This document shows, one piece after another, positions 1 to 9,143 of a stretch of DNA of 64,000 bases (positions are counted from its first letter, which is position 1; every line of letters begins with the position of its first letter). The notes under the pieces are model-generated. The model was not told the DNA's origin. It saw nothing but the letters and a program-made list of their open reading frames with translations, and did no database searches. The stretch spans positions 1 to 64,000 of the IMG/VR virus record IMGVR_UViG_3300035070_003584. The stretch is one strand, 5' to 3'. The position numbers and the translations under genes were made by a program. This DNA is from a virus (taxonomy: Duplodnaviria > Caudoviricetes).

Positions 1-1488
1 GTGATTACCCTTGCGACTGATGGAACAACACCAACTGTAATTACACTCACGGGAACAGATTCAGATAATGCAGATGCAAATTTGATCTATTCTGTAGAGT
101 CGGATGGAAGTTTCGGTGGACTTGGTACACTGAGTCAAGATTCAAGTGTATTTACTATCACACCACTTGCTGAGGGTTCTGCAACTACAACATCATCTAC
201 TCTCACATTTAAAGTTTCTGATGGTATTAATTTTGGTTCTGGCACTACTGAATTTAGCTTGACGTTTGGTCCAGATTGGGCAAATACTACTGAAAGTAAA
301 TTAGTTGCATCTGATGCTTTTCAGGGCGATGAATTTAGCGAATATGCTCTGTCACTAAGTAGTGATGGTAATTATATAATAGTTGGTGCCGGTGCACATA
401 GTGGGCAGAACAATATCAGAGGGCAAGCATACATCTTTAACAGATCTGGCTCTACATGGTCAGAACAAGCTATATTAACAGCTTCAAATACTGGAGATAA
501 TGATCGGAATGGTTCATCGGTGGATATTAGTTCTGATGGTACTTATGCTATTACGGGTGCCTATCGTGAAGACGGCGCTACAAATACAATATCTGATGGT
601 GGAGCTGCTTATATTTATACAAGATCCGGATCAACTTGGACAGAACAAGCAATATTAAGAGCTTCAGATGCACAAGCAAGTGATCAGTTTGGTTGGTCTG
701 TTTCCATAAGCGGTGACGGAATGTATGCTATTGCTGGTGCAAATTCAGAAGATACAGGACAAACTGGTACAGGTGCAGCATATATCTTTGTTAGGTCAGG
801 TTCTACTTGGACACAACAAGCTAAAATACAACATTCGGATAGAGCTCAATATGATAATTTTGGATATTCAGTATCAATAAGCGATGATGGTAGTTATGCT
901 GTAATTGGTGCTTACTATAAAAATAACCAAGCAGGCAATGCTTATATCTTTAGTAGATCAGGTTCAACTTGGACACAACAGGCTAAACTAACTGCTTCTG
1001 ATGCACAAGCAAGTGATAGATTTGGTTGGTCAGTGAACATAAACGATGATGGTGATTATGTTATTGTTGGTGCATATCAAGAAGATACTAGTGCCTTCAA
1101 TGCTGGCGCAGCTTATATCTTTAGTAGATCAGGTTCAACTTGGACACAACAAGCTAAAATAGTATCATCAGATGGTGAAGCGAATGATCAATTTGGTTGG
1201 TCAGTGTCATTAAATTCTGATGCAACTTATGCTATTGTTGGAGCACTCAGATCTCAATATTCTGTAGATGATGCTGGAGCTGCTTATATCTTTACCAGAG
1301 ACGGAACAACTTGGACACAAACACGAAGGTTAACTGCATCCGATCCAAAATCACAGGATGAATTTGGTCATTCAGTATCAATAAGCGGTGACGGAGGCTA
1401 TGCTGCTGTTGGTGCACCGCAGGAAGACGGTGGATCAGGTGATCCAATATTTAATGCTGGTGCAGCATACATCTATGAAGCAGGTTAA
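1..1488 (+). CDS. Tail/receptor-binding protein with Ig/cadherin-like linker and FG-GAP beta-propeller (5' end probably outside window)
   Basis: Seven repeats of FGWSVSIS..G.YAIVGA...GAAYIF.RSGSTWTQQA; N-terminal part paralogous to the next ORF. Confidence 0.8.
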   Translation: MITLATDGTTPTVITLTGTDSDNADANLIYSVESDGSFGGLGTLSQDSSVFTITPLAEGSATTTSSTLTFKVSDGINFGSGTTEFSLTFGPDWANTTESKLVASDAFQGDEFSEYALSLSSDGNYIIVGAGAHSGQNNIRGQAYIFNRSGSTWSEQAILTASNTGDNDRNGSSVDISSDGTYAITGAYREDGATNTISDGGAAYIYTRSGSTWTEQAILRASDAQASDQFGWSVSISGDGMYAIAGANSEDTGQTGTGAAYIFVRSGSTWTQQAKIQHSDRAQYDNFGYSVSISDDGSYAVIGAYYKNNQAGNAYIFSRSGSTWTQQAKLTASDAQASDRFGWSVNINDDGDYVIVGAYQEDTSAFNAGAAYIFSRSGSTWTQQAKIVSSDGEANDQFGWSVSLNSDATYAIVGALRSQYSVDDAGAAYIFTRDGTTWTQTRRLTASDPKSQDEFGHSVSISGDGGYAAVGAPQEDGGSGDPIFNAGAAYIYEAG

Positions 1489-1504
1489 TAAGTTAATTCT
1501 TTAA

Positions 1505-1512
1505 TATAAATA
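1505..1512 (+). promoter_or_regulatory. T4-type late promoter TATAAATA
   Basis: Exact gp55 consensus shortly upstream of the 1531 start. Confidence 0.75.
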
Positions 1513-1530
1513 AAGTAAAAGGAATTTAAA

Positions 1531-2970
1531 ATGGCATCATTTGCTAGAACTATGGCAGGTATTATCAGTACAACTGGTGATGTAAAATCTACCGTTGTTG
1601 GTGATATAGGATTATCTGTATATTCCACTCTTGATTCGCTTCCGACTAGCGCATTAACTTCGGGTGATCAGGCATTTGTGTCAGAAAACAATCGCATCTA
1701 TGTTTCAAATGGTTCTGGTTGGTATAATGTCGCACTATTAAATGCAACTCCAACATTGAGTATTAGCCCATCCGGTGCCGTAACATTAGCAGTTGATGGA
1801 TCTACACCAACTGTTATTACATTGACTGCGACAGATTCGGATAATGCTGATGCAAGTTTAACATACAGCGTTGAATCGGACGGATCGTTTACAGATATTG
1901 CGACATTGAGTCAAGATTCCAGTGTGTTCACTATTACACCATTAAGTGAGGAAAGTGCTACACCAGGATCTTCTACTCTCACGTTTAAGGTATCAGACGG
2001 TATATCATTTGGGTCTGGTACAACTACATTTAGTTTGACATTTGGTCCACCGGTTTATGATGTAGATTTAAGTACAGGATATAGGTTAGGTGGATACATC
2101 ACAAACGCTGAAATTGATACATGGGGTGCCGGCACCGCTGCTAACGAGTTTGTTGCTGGCTTAGGCTTATCATCAAATGGTAATTATTTATTTGTGGGTG
2201 TTGACCGAACTCTACCAGATACGACGCCGCTAGAACCTATGATCACAAGATATGATATGTCTACCCCCTATGATTATACAAGCAAGACATTAAATACGGG
2301 TCAAACAGTAACTTACTGGAACGGGGGCAGTGAGACTAATTTTAGAGGAATGCATGTTTCTCATGACGGTTATCATATTTTTCTTGCTATGGGTGGTGAA
2401 GGACTTCAGCACTATACAATGTCCACCGCATGGGATTTAACTTCACGATCATATCAAACTGTTCAAAAATATCATGATGATGGGGTTGTTTGTAAAGTTG
2501 GTGGATATATAGCTGGTTTTCATATGAATCATGATGGTACAAAGGCATATACCGCCGGTAATACCAACCAAGGATATATAACTTATCTTACTTTATCTAC
2601 CCCTTGGAATCTAGCAACAGCAACTCTTGCTGCAACTTACAGCATACCATCTCCTTTTGCCTCCACTACTACTATAAGAGATATATGGCTCAATCATGAT
2701 GGCACTCAAGTAGTAATGTGCAACGCTAATTATAACCAATCACCAACACAGAATTTGGCATCTTGGGATTTAACAACTCCTTGGAATATATCTACAGCAA
2801 CCAATCCTGTTACTTGGCCGGCTAGTCAATCAACGGCTTCGATTGGCGAGTTTGAAATTTGGCCTGATGGGGGAGCGGGGCAAGGTGGTAATGATGGTAT
2901 TATTATGTGGTCACCTTATACCACCAATCAAACTTATCAAGTAGATATTGGGACAGTAGGCATAACATAA
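1531..2970 (+). CDS. Tail/receptor-binding protein paralog with a different C-terminal beta-propeller
   Basis: Shares the linker up to FSLTFGP with ORF 1; C-terminus has (L/M)STPW(D/N)-type repeats. Confidence 0.7.
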   Translation: MASFARTMAGIISTTGDVKSTVVGDIGLSVYSTLDSLPTSALTSGDQAFVSENNRIYVSNGSGWYNVALLNATPTLSISPSGAVTLAVDGSTPTVITLTATDSDNADASLTYSVESDGSFTDIATLSQDSSVFTITPLSEESATPGSSTLTFKVSDGISFGSGTTTFSLTFGPPVYDVDLSTGYRLGGYITNAEIDTWGAGTAANEFVAGLGLSSNGNYLFVGVDRTLPDTTPLEPMITRYDMSTPYDYTSKTLNTGQTVTYWNGGSETNFRGMHVSHDGYHIFLAMGGEGLQHYTMSTAWDLTSRSYQTVQKYHDDGVVCKVGGYIAGFHMNHDGTKAYTAGNTNQGYITYLTLSTPWNLATATLAATYSIPSPFASTTTIRDIWLNHDGTQVVMCNANYNQSPTQNLASWDLTTPWNISTATNPVTWPASQSTASIGEFEIWPDGGAGQGGNDGIIMWSPYTTNQTYQVDIGTVGIT

Positions 2971-2972
2971 CA

Positions 2973-3024
2973 GGTGCAGCATACATCTATAAAGCAGGTT
3001 AATAAATTAATTCCTTAATATAAA
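2973..3024 (+). repeat. Orphan copy of the 3' end and downstream sequence of the FG-GAP gene (1459-1510)
   Basis: 49/52 nt identical to 1459-1510; related copy at 21606-21639. Confidence 0.9.
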
Positions 3025-3029
3025 AAACA

Positions 3030-3037
3030 TATAAATA
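3030..3037 (+). promoter_or_regulatory. T4-type late promoter
   Basis: TATAAATA upstream of gp13. Confidence 0.8.
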
Positions 3038-3070
3038 GTACAAAGATTTTAAAGAATCGGAGACTATTTT

Positions 3071-3826
3071 ATGGCACCACCTAATTCCAGAGTCACACTT
3101 ATTGATTATTGTAAGAGACGCTTAGGTGATCCAGTACTGGAAATCAATGTTGATGAGGACCAGATTGAGGATCGCGTTGACGAAGCATTACAGTATTATC
3201 AAGAGTATCATTCTGATGCTACAATAAGAACTTATCTTAAGCATCTAGTAACTGCAACAGACGTTGCCAATGAATATATTCCTATTTCATCTGATATTCT
3301 TTATATCTCTCAATTATTTCCTACATCAAGTGCATTTGGTTCATCAGTAAATTTCTTTGATATTAAATATCAGATGATGTTAAATGATATTGCAGACCTT
3401 CAAAACTTTGCAGGTGACCTTGCTTATTACGAGCAGATGAATCAATATCTGTCAATGCTTGATATGAAATTGAACGGCACACCACAAGTTCAATTCTCTA
3501 GACATCAAGACAGACTTTATATCTTTGGTGATTTTGCCGATAAGGATATTAAGGCTGGTGAATATATTGTAGCAGAAGTCTATACAATTCTAAATCCCGA
3601 AACACATACATCAATATATAATGATATGTGGCTTAAAGAGTATACCACAGCACTTATCAAACAACAGTGGGGTATGAATCTTATTAAGTTTGAGGGTGTA
3701 CAATTACCTGGTGGTGTTGTACTAAATGGCCGTCAACTCTATGATGATGCCACAACAGAAATAGAAAATTTAAGGCAAAGAATCAGAGAAGAACACGAAT
3801 TTCCGGCTGACTTTTTTGTAGGATAA
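3071..3826 (+). CDS. gp13: Neck protein gp13
   Basis: RRLGDPVLEINV..DQ and KFEGVQLPGGVVLNG motifs; synteny. Confidence 0.93.
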   Translation: MAPPNSRVTLIDYCKRRLGDPVLEINVDEDQIEDRVDEALQYYQEYHSDATIRTYLKHLVTATDVANEYIPISSDILYISQLFPTSSAFGSSVNFFDIKYQMMLNDIADLQNFAGDLAYYEQMNQYLSMLDMKLNGTPQVQFSRHQDRLYIFGDFADKDIKAGEYIVAEVYTILNPETHTSIYNDMWLKEYTTALIKQQWGMNLIKFEGVQLPGGVVLNGRQLYDDATTEIENLRQRIREEHEFPADFFVG

Positions 3827-3827
3827 T

Positions 3828-5039
3828 ATGGCACGTAATTTTTATTTCTCTGAGAAGGTTAGATCAGAAATTAATCTTTATGAAGAACTCATAATTGAGG
3901 CTCTGAAGATTTATGGTCAAGATGTCTATTACCTTCCCAGAACAATTGTAAATGAAGACACCTTACTAGGTGACGATCCAGCATCCCAATTTGCATCATC
4001 ATATAAAATTGAGATGTACATTGAGAATGTCGAAGGATTTGATGGTGAAGGAGATCTCTTTACTAGATTTGGTGTAGAAATTAGAGATGAGTGTACATTT
4101 GTAGTATCCAAAAATCGTTGGGCAAATCAGGTTGCAAGGGCAGATAATGCACTACAGGGTGACAGACCTACCGAAGGTGATCTAATTTATCTACCTTTAT
4201 CTAAGTCTATGTTTGAAATTAGACATGTAGAACACGAACAACCTTTTTATCAAATAGAAAATGTACCAACATATAAAATGCGCTGTACTCTCTTTGAGTA
4301 CTCTGGCGAAGATATGGATACCGGTAATACTCTTATTGATTCACTAGAAAAGGATTATGCATATCAATATAAGGTCTGTACAATTGCGCCAAAGAAAGCT
4401 ACAGCAAGTCTCTTGTTCGATGCAGACTATATTGATTCTGGTTATGTAGCTTCTGGGTATATTAATGCCGGCAGTGGTTCACTACTTGGTATCACATTAA
4501 TAAATGGTGGTACTTATTATACAACTCCACCAACTATTAGATTTATCGGTGGTAATCCTACAGATAGTGCAGATGCTATAGCCATCATTGATTCGGCCAC
4601 TGGAGTGGTTTCAAGTATTCAGCTTATTGATTCTGGTCAAGGTTATCAAACATTGCCAACAATTGTATTTGATGGTGGTAGTGGTGTTGATAGTGGTTAC
4701 TCGGTTGGCGACACAGTTACTCAAACATTGTCATCCGGTGTTATTATGTCTGGCGAAATACAAAGAATTCAATTGGATTCAGCCGGTGATTCATCACGTT
4801 GCTATTATTTGGCACACGTAGGTGGAAGTGATGGTAATCTTCACACATTTACTGCAGGTGGATCTCTGATCAATAGCACAACTAATATGGCAGTAGGAAA
4901 TGGTTTAACAATTTCTAATGTCACAGAATATAATTACATATCAGAAACCGAACAGAATGATGAGTTTACTGCAGGATATGTAGATGACTTCCTTGATTTT
5001 AGTGAAAACAATCCATTCGGTGATGCTGAGAATCAATGA
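3828..5039 (+). CDS. gp14: Neck protein gp14 with internal insertion domain
   Basis: YGQDVYYLPR, P.EGDLIY.P, EHEQPFYQ, C-terminal DFSE.NPFG. Confidence 0.92.
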   Translation: MARNFYFSEKVRSEINLYEELIIEALKIYGQDVYYLPRTIVNEDTLLGDDPASQFASSYKIEMYIENVEGFDGEGDLFTRFGVEIRDECTFVVSKNRWANQVARADNALQGDRPTEGDLIYLPLSKSMFEIRHVEHEQPFYQIENVPTYKMRCTLFEYSGEDMDTGNTLIDSLEKDYAYQYKVCTIAPKKATASLLFDADYIDSGYVASGYINAGSGSLLGITLINGGTYYTTPPTIRFIGGNPTDSADAIAIIDSATGVVSSIQLIDSGQGYQTLPTIVFDGGSGVDSGYSVGDTVTQTLSSGVIMSGEIQRIQLDSAGDSSRCYYLAHVGGSDGNLHTFTAGGSLINSTTNMAVGNGLTISNVTEYNYISETEQNDEFTAGYVDDFLDFSENNPFGDAENQ

Positions 5040-5043
5040 TGAA

Positions 5044-5051
5044 TATAAATA
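5044..5051 (+). promoter_or_regulatory. T4-type late promoter
   Basis: TATAAATA upstream of gp15. Confidence 0.8.
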
Positions 5052-5082
5052 GTAATTTAAATAAATGGAATTTATAAACTAA

Positions 5083-5874
5083 ATGTTTGGTAGTCACTTT
5101 TATCACGAAAGAATACGAATGTCAGTTGCCATTTTTGGTAGACTGTTTAATAACATATATGTCATTCGTAAAAATGCATCTGGTGGTGTTCTTAACCAAT
5201 TAAAGGTTCCATTAGCATATGCTCCTAGACAGAAGTATCTAGATAGAATTAGGGAAAATCCTAGTCTAGAAAATGATACTAGAGTTGCTATTAAATTACC
5301 TAGAATGTCATTTGAGATAACAGATATTTCATATGACTTAAGTAGACAATTAACAAAAGTTGGCAATTTTAATACAAAAGGTAGCAGTGCCGAAAAGCGA
5401 CAAAAGTTTTATTCACCTGTACCATATAACATTTCATTTTCATTGAATATATATGCCAAGAATCAAGATGATGCTTTACAAGTTGTAGAACAAATTTTAC
5501 CTACATTTAATCCACAATATACATTATCAATTTATCCATTTAAGGATATCTATTCGGATTTAGTTGAGGATGTGCCTATTGTGATTACTGGAGTAACATT
5601 TCAAGATGATTACGAAGGTGCATTAGAACAAAGACGAACTATCATTTATACACTTACGTTTGAAATGAAAGTTCAGTTTTATGGAAATATTGAAAATAAA
5701 GATGTCATTCGTAGAGCAGATGCTCATCTTTATAATATGAATGCAGGATTAAATGACTCTGATATTTATTTAGAAAGAGTTTCAATAACACCAAACCCAT
5801 TATCAGCTATTGGTTTACCAGATAGTGATTTTGGATTTACAGAAGATATCGTTTTAGCTAGTGATAGCGCATAG
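5083..5874 (+). CDS. gp15: Tail sheath stabilizer/terminator gp15
   Basis: FGRLFNNI, VPLAYAP, LPRMSFE, QVVEQILPTFNP motifs. Confidence 0.93.
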   Translation: MFGSHFYHERIRMSVAIFGRLFNNIYVIRKNASGGVLNQLKVPLAYAPRQKYLDRIRENPSLENDTRVAIKLPRMSFEITDISYDLSRQLTKVGNFNTKGSSAEKRQKFYSPVPYNISFSLNIYAKNQDDALQVVEQILPTFNPQYTLSIYPFKDIYSDLVEDVPIVITGVTFQDDYEGALEQRRTIIYTLTFEMKVQFYGNIENKDVIRRADAHLYNMNAGLNDSDIYLERVSITPNPLSAIGLPDSDFGFTEDIVLASDSA

Positions 5875-5883
5875 GAGAAATAA

Positions 5884-6234
5884 ATGGCAATTACACTTAG
5901 ACTAACGAAAGGCAGTGAGCTTACCTATGCAGAGCTTGACGGTAACTTTACTGACCTAAATACTAGAGTAGGTACCCTTGAAACATCATCGGCAGGTACT
6001 GTAAGAGTAAATAAGTATTATTTTGAAGCAGACTCCGGAGATACAGTCTTTAGTGGAAATGACTACTTTGGAAATGCTATGACATATGATTCAAATTCAG
6101 CTTTGGTCTATTTGAATGGTATGATGCTAATGCAAGGGGTTGACTATACCTTGACTGGTGGTAATGCAGTAACAACAACTGTTGGAATTGATAGTGGCCA
6201 TTTGATCACTATTACTTCTATGGAATTGGTATAA
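5884..6234 (+). CDS. Small virion/fibre protein
   Basis: ITLRLTKGSELTYAELDGNF N-terminus typical of phage fibres; VYLNG...GVDYT module. Confidence 0.6.
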   Translation: MAITLRLTKGSELTYAELDGNFTDLNTRVGTLETSSAGTVRVNKYYFEADSGDTVFSGNDYFGNAMTYDSNSALVYLNGMMLMQGVDYTLTGGNAVTTTVGIDSGHLITITSMELV

Positions 6235-6245
6235 GGAGATAAACT

Positions 6246-7106
6246 ATGCCTATGTATTATAAACTAAAGAATGCTCCTTTATCAATGGCCTTTCAATTGG
6301 CTGATGGTCTAGGTGCTGCATTTGATGATGATCCTTATAATGGATCAATTATGGATCTAGCTAGTGCATCATTTATGTCACAAATGGCTAAACAATATCC
6401 AACAGTAAGTAGACAAATTATTTTTGACCCAGCATCACAAATTGCACCAACAAACTATGAAAATCCTACATCGTGGAATTCATCCGGCAATGTAACAAAG
6501 AATTGGACATATTCGAATGCAGCAGATCATGCTGATTATAAATTAGGTCAAGCAATTCAATCATTGCCTCTTAAAGAAGGTAAATTCTATTTTGAAATAG
6601 AAATTAATAATTTAGGTACCTATACGCCATCGGGAGGATCTGCGACTGATGCTGTTGTGCATCTTTTTATTGCGCCTATGGGCTGGAATTTCGGAAATCC
6701 ATTTGAATCTATCTTTGGTAGAGCATTTAATTTACCGTTAACTGACCAACCGCCAAGTCAACCTTTAAAACCTTTTGGTCAATTTTTAGATACAAGTTGG
6801 CCTGGGCCAATTACTCTTGCAGCAGGTGACATTATCGGTATTGCGTATGATACAAATATGTTCCCGGTTACCAGTGAGGGTGGTGTATTTTATTCACATA
6901 ATGGTACCTACCAGTCTAATCACAATCCTGCCACTAGTGGGACTCCTATAAAATTACTTACTTCAGAATCTCCGTATGCAGTACAATTTCATCCGCATCA
7001 ATTTTTCAGCGGTGGAGCTGGTGATACAATAACTGGATTTGATGTTACAATCAGAACTGGAACAGATGTGACTTATTCACCACCAACTGGTTACATTGAA
7101 CATTAA
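6246..7106 (+). CDS. SPRY/ConA-like domain virion protein
   Basis: GKFYFEIE, GDIIGIAYD, YSPPTGY motifs. Confidence 0.6.
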   Translation: MPMYYKLKNAPLSMAFQLADGLGAAFDDDPYNGSIMDLASASFMSQMAKQYPTVSRQIIFDPASQIAPTNYENPTSWNSSGNVTKNWTYSNAADHADYKLGQAIQSLPLKEGKFYFEIEINNLGTYTPSGGSATDAVVHLFIAPMGWNFGNPFESIFGRAFNLPLTDQPPSQPLKPFGQFLDTSWPGPITLAAGDIIGIAYDTNMFPVTSEGGVFYSHNGTYQSNHNPATSGTPIKLLTSESPYAVQFHPHQFFSGGAGDTITGFDVTIRTGTDVTYSPPTGYIEH

Positions 7107-7123
7107 TATTGGATATTAATATT

Positions 7124-7486
7124 ATGAGTGAAGATGATAACAAAAATATTCAGACAGACTATGATTACTCTCGGCAAACTTACTATGATCTCATAGAAAA
7201 GGGCCGGGAGAGTCTGGAAATGATGATCGAAGTTGCTCGTGAATCAGAGCATCCAAGAGCATATGAAGTTCTTTCTGGTATGATTAAAAACGTATCAGAT
7301 GTGAATGATAAGTTAATGGATCTGAATAAAAAGCAAGTTGATATCAATAGAAAAGACGAACCTAAACAATTAGGTAATACAACAAATAATAATGTCTTTT
7401 TAAGTTCAACTGCAGATTTGCAAAAATTATTGAAACAGGATGAAGAACTAATTGATGTTACACCAGACTCAGAGTTACCTAGGTAA
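7124..7486 (+). CDS. gp16: Terminase small subunit gp16
   Basis: DYDYSR, ESEHPRAYEV, STADLQK; directly before gp17. Confidence 0.9.
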   Translation: MSEDDNKNIQTDYDYSRQTYYDLIEKGRESLEMMIEVARESEHPRAYEVLSGMIKNVSDVNDKLMDLNKKQVDINRKDEPKQLGNTTNNNVFLSSTADLQKLLKQDEELIDVTPDSELPR

Positions 7487-9074
7487 TCCAAACGTAAAAC
7501 GAGATGGTGTTCAACAAGCTTGGACTCCAGATTTATTAAAAGAATATAAGAAGTGTATGAATGATCCCGTATACTTTGCAGAAAATTACGTTAAGGTTAT
7601 TTCACTTGATAGAGGTTTAGTTCCATTCCAACTATATCCTTATCAAAAAGAGATGTTCGGACATTTTAATGACAATCGTTTCTCAATCATTCTTGCTTGC
7701 CGCCAGTCTGGAAAATCAATCTCGGCATGTGCATATCTCCTCTGGTACGCGCTCTTTAATCCGGAAAAAACAGTTGCGGTTCTTGCAAACAAAGGGGCAA
7801 CATCTCGGGAAATGCTATCTCGGATTACGCTCATGTTGGAAAACATTCCGTTCTTTTTACAACCGGGATCAAAAGCTCTTAATAAAGGATCCCTCGAATT
7901 TAGCAATAACTCGAGGATCATTGCTGCTGCTACTTCTGGTTCTTCTATCCGGGGTATGTCTGTAAACCTTCTATATCTAGATGAGTTTGCATTTGTAGAA
8001 AGAGCTTCTGAATTTTATACATCAACATATCCTGTTGTATCTGCCGGTAAAGATACAAAGGTTATTGTGACATCTACTGCAAATGGTATTGGAAATCAGT
8101 TTCATAAAATTTGGGAAGGCGCTGTCCAAAAAATTAATGAATATAAATCGTTTAGGGTAGATTGGTGGGATGTACCAGGCCGTGATGAGGAATGGAAAAA
8201 ACAGACAGTAGCAAATACCAGTCAATTACAATTTGACCAAGAATTTGGTAATACTTTTTTCGGTACTGGAGATACTCTTATAGCGGCAGATTGTCTTTTA
8301 TCACTCAGAGCAGAGCCGTATATTGATTTATTGGAAAGTAATTGTCTTAGAATCTATAAGAAACCAATTGCCAATCATGATTATGTTATGACAGTCGATG
8401 TAAGTAAGGGAAGAGGACAGGACTATTCAACTTTTACTTTAATCGACATAAGCGTTCGGCCTTTTGAGCAGGTGGCTGTGTATCGGAACAACACTATCTC
8501 TCCCTTACTCTTCCCTAATGTTATATATAAGTACGCGAAATCTTATAATGAAGCTTATGTAGTTATTGAATCAAATGATCAAGGTACCGTGGTCTGCAAT
8601 GGATTATACCATGATTTAGAATATGAAAATGTACATGTCGAATCTGCCGTAAAAGCAAATGCAATCGGTATTGAAATGACTAGAAAATCAAAACGGCTAG
8701 GATGTTCTGCAATTAAAGATATTCTAGAGGCTTATAAACTAAAAATTGTAGATGATGAAACAATCCTAGAAATATCTACGTTCGAAGCTAGAGGACAATC
8801 ATATGAAGCATCTGATGGTAATCATGATGATCTAATGATGAACCTAGTTATGTTTGGTTATTTTGCATCAAGTCAATATTTTGGTGATATGACAGATATT
8901 GATTTAAAACAAATGCTATTTGATCAAAAGATGAAACAGATAGAAGAAGAATTAGTTCCTTTTGGTTATATCGACAATGGCGATGCCCATATTGAAGTCT
9001 TAGAAAAAGGTGAAGATAACTGGCAGATAAAAGACTATAATACAGATTATGGTTTAAATAATGAAAATTGGTAA
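7455..9074 (+). CDS. gp17: Terminase large subunit gp17
   Basis: RQSGKS Walker A, LYLDEFAF Walker B, TSTANG, HDDLMM nuclease motif. Confidence 0.97.
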   Translation: MLHQTQSYLGNPNVKRDGVQQAWTPDLLKEYKKCMNDPVYFAENYVKVISLDRGLVPFQLYPYQKEMFGHFNDNRFSIILACRQSGKSISACAYLLWYALFNPEKTVAVLANKGATSREMLSRITLMLENIPFFLQPGSKALNKGSLEFSNNSRIIAAATSGSSIRGMSVNLLYLDEFAFVERASEFYTSTYPVVSAGKDTKVIVTSTANGIGNQFHKIWEGAVQKINEYKSFRVDWWDVPGRDEEWKKQTVANTSQLQFDQEFGNTFFGTGDTLIAADCLLSLRAEPYIDLLESNCLRIYKKPIANHDYVMTVDVSKGRGQDYSTFTLIDISVRPFEQVAVYRNNTISPLLFPNVIYKYAKSYNEAYVVIESNDQGTVVCNGLYHDLEYENVHVESAVKANAIGIEMTRKSKRLGCSAIKDILEAYKLKIVDDETILEISTFEARGQSYEASDGNHDDLMMNLVMFGYFASSQYFGDMTDIDLKQMLFDQKMKQIEEELVPFGYIDNGDAHIEVLEKGEDNWQIKDYNTDYGLNNENW

Positions 9075-9077
9075 TGT

Positions 9078-9085
9078 TATAAATA
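9078..9085 (+). promoter_or_regulatory. T4-type late promoter
   Basis: TATAAATA upstream of gp18. Confidence 0.8.
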
Positions 9086-9143
9086 ATAGGATATTTGAAC
9101 AACCGTATTATGAAAACCATATAATTAAAAAAAGGAAGAAGAA

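Noticed and set aside
300-1488. CRISPR-like repeated DNA (GGTTCAACTTGGACACAACA and similar)
   Set aside because: Repeats are in-frame codons of FG-GAP propeller blades, not a repeat-spacer array
2973-3024. Diversity-generating retroelement template repeat (two of three mismatches are A in this copy)
   Set aside because: Only 52 nt, extends past the stop codon, includes a T/C mismatch, and no reverse transcriptase is in the window; a recombination scar explains it better
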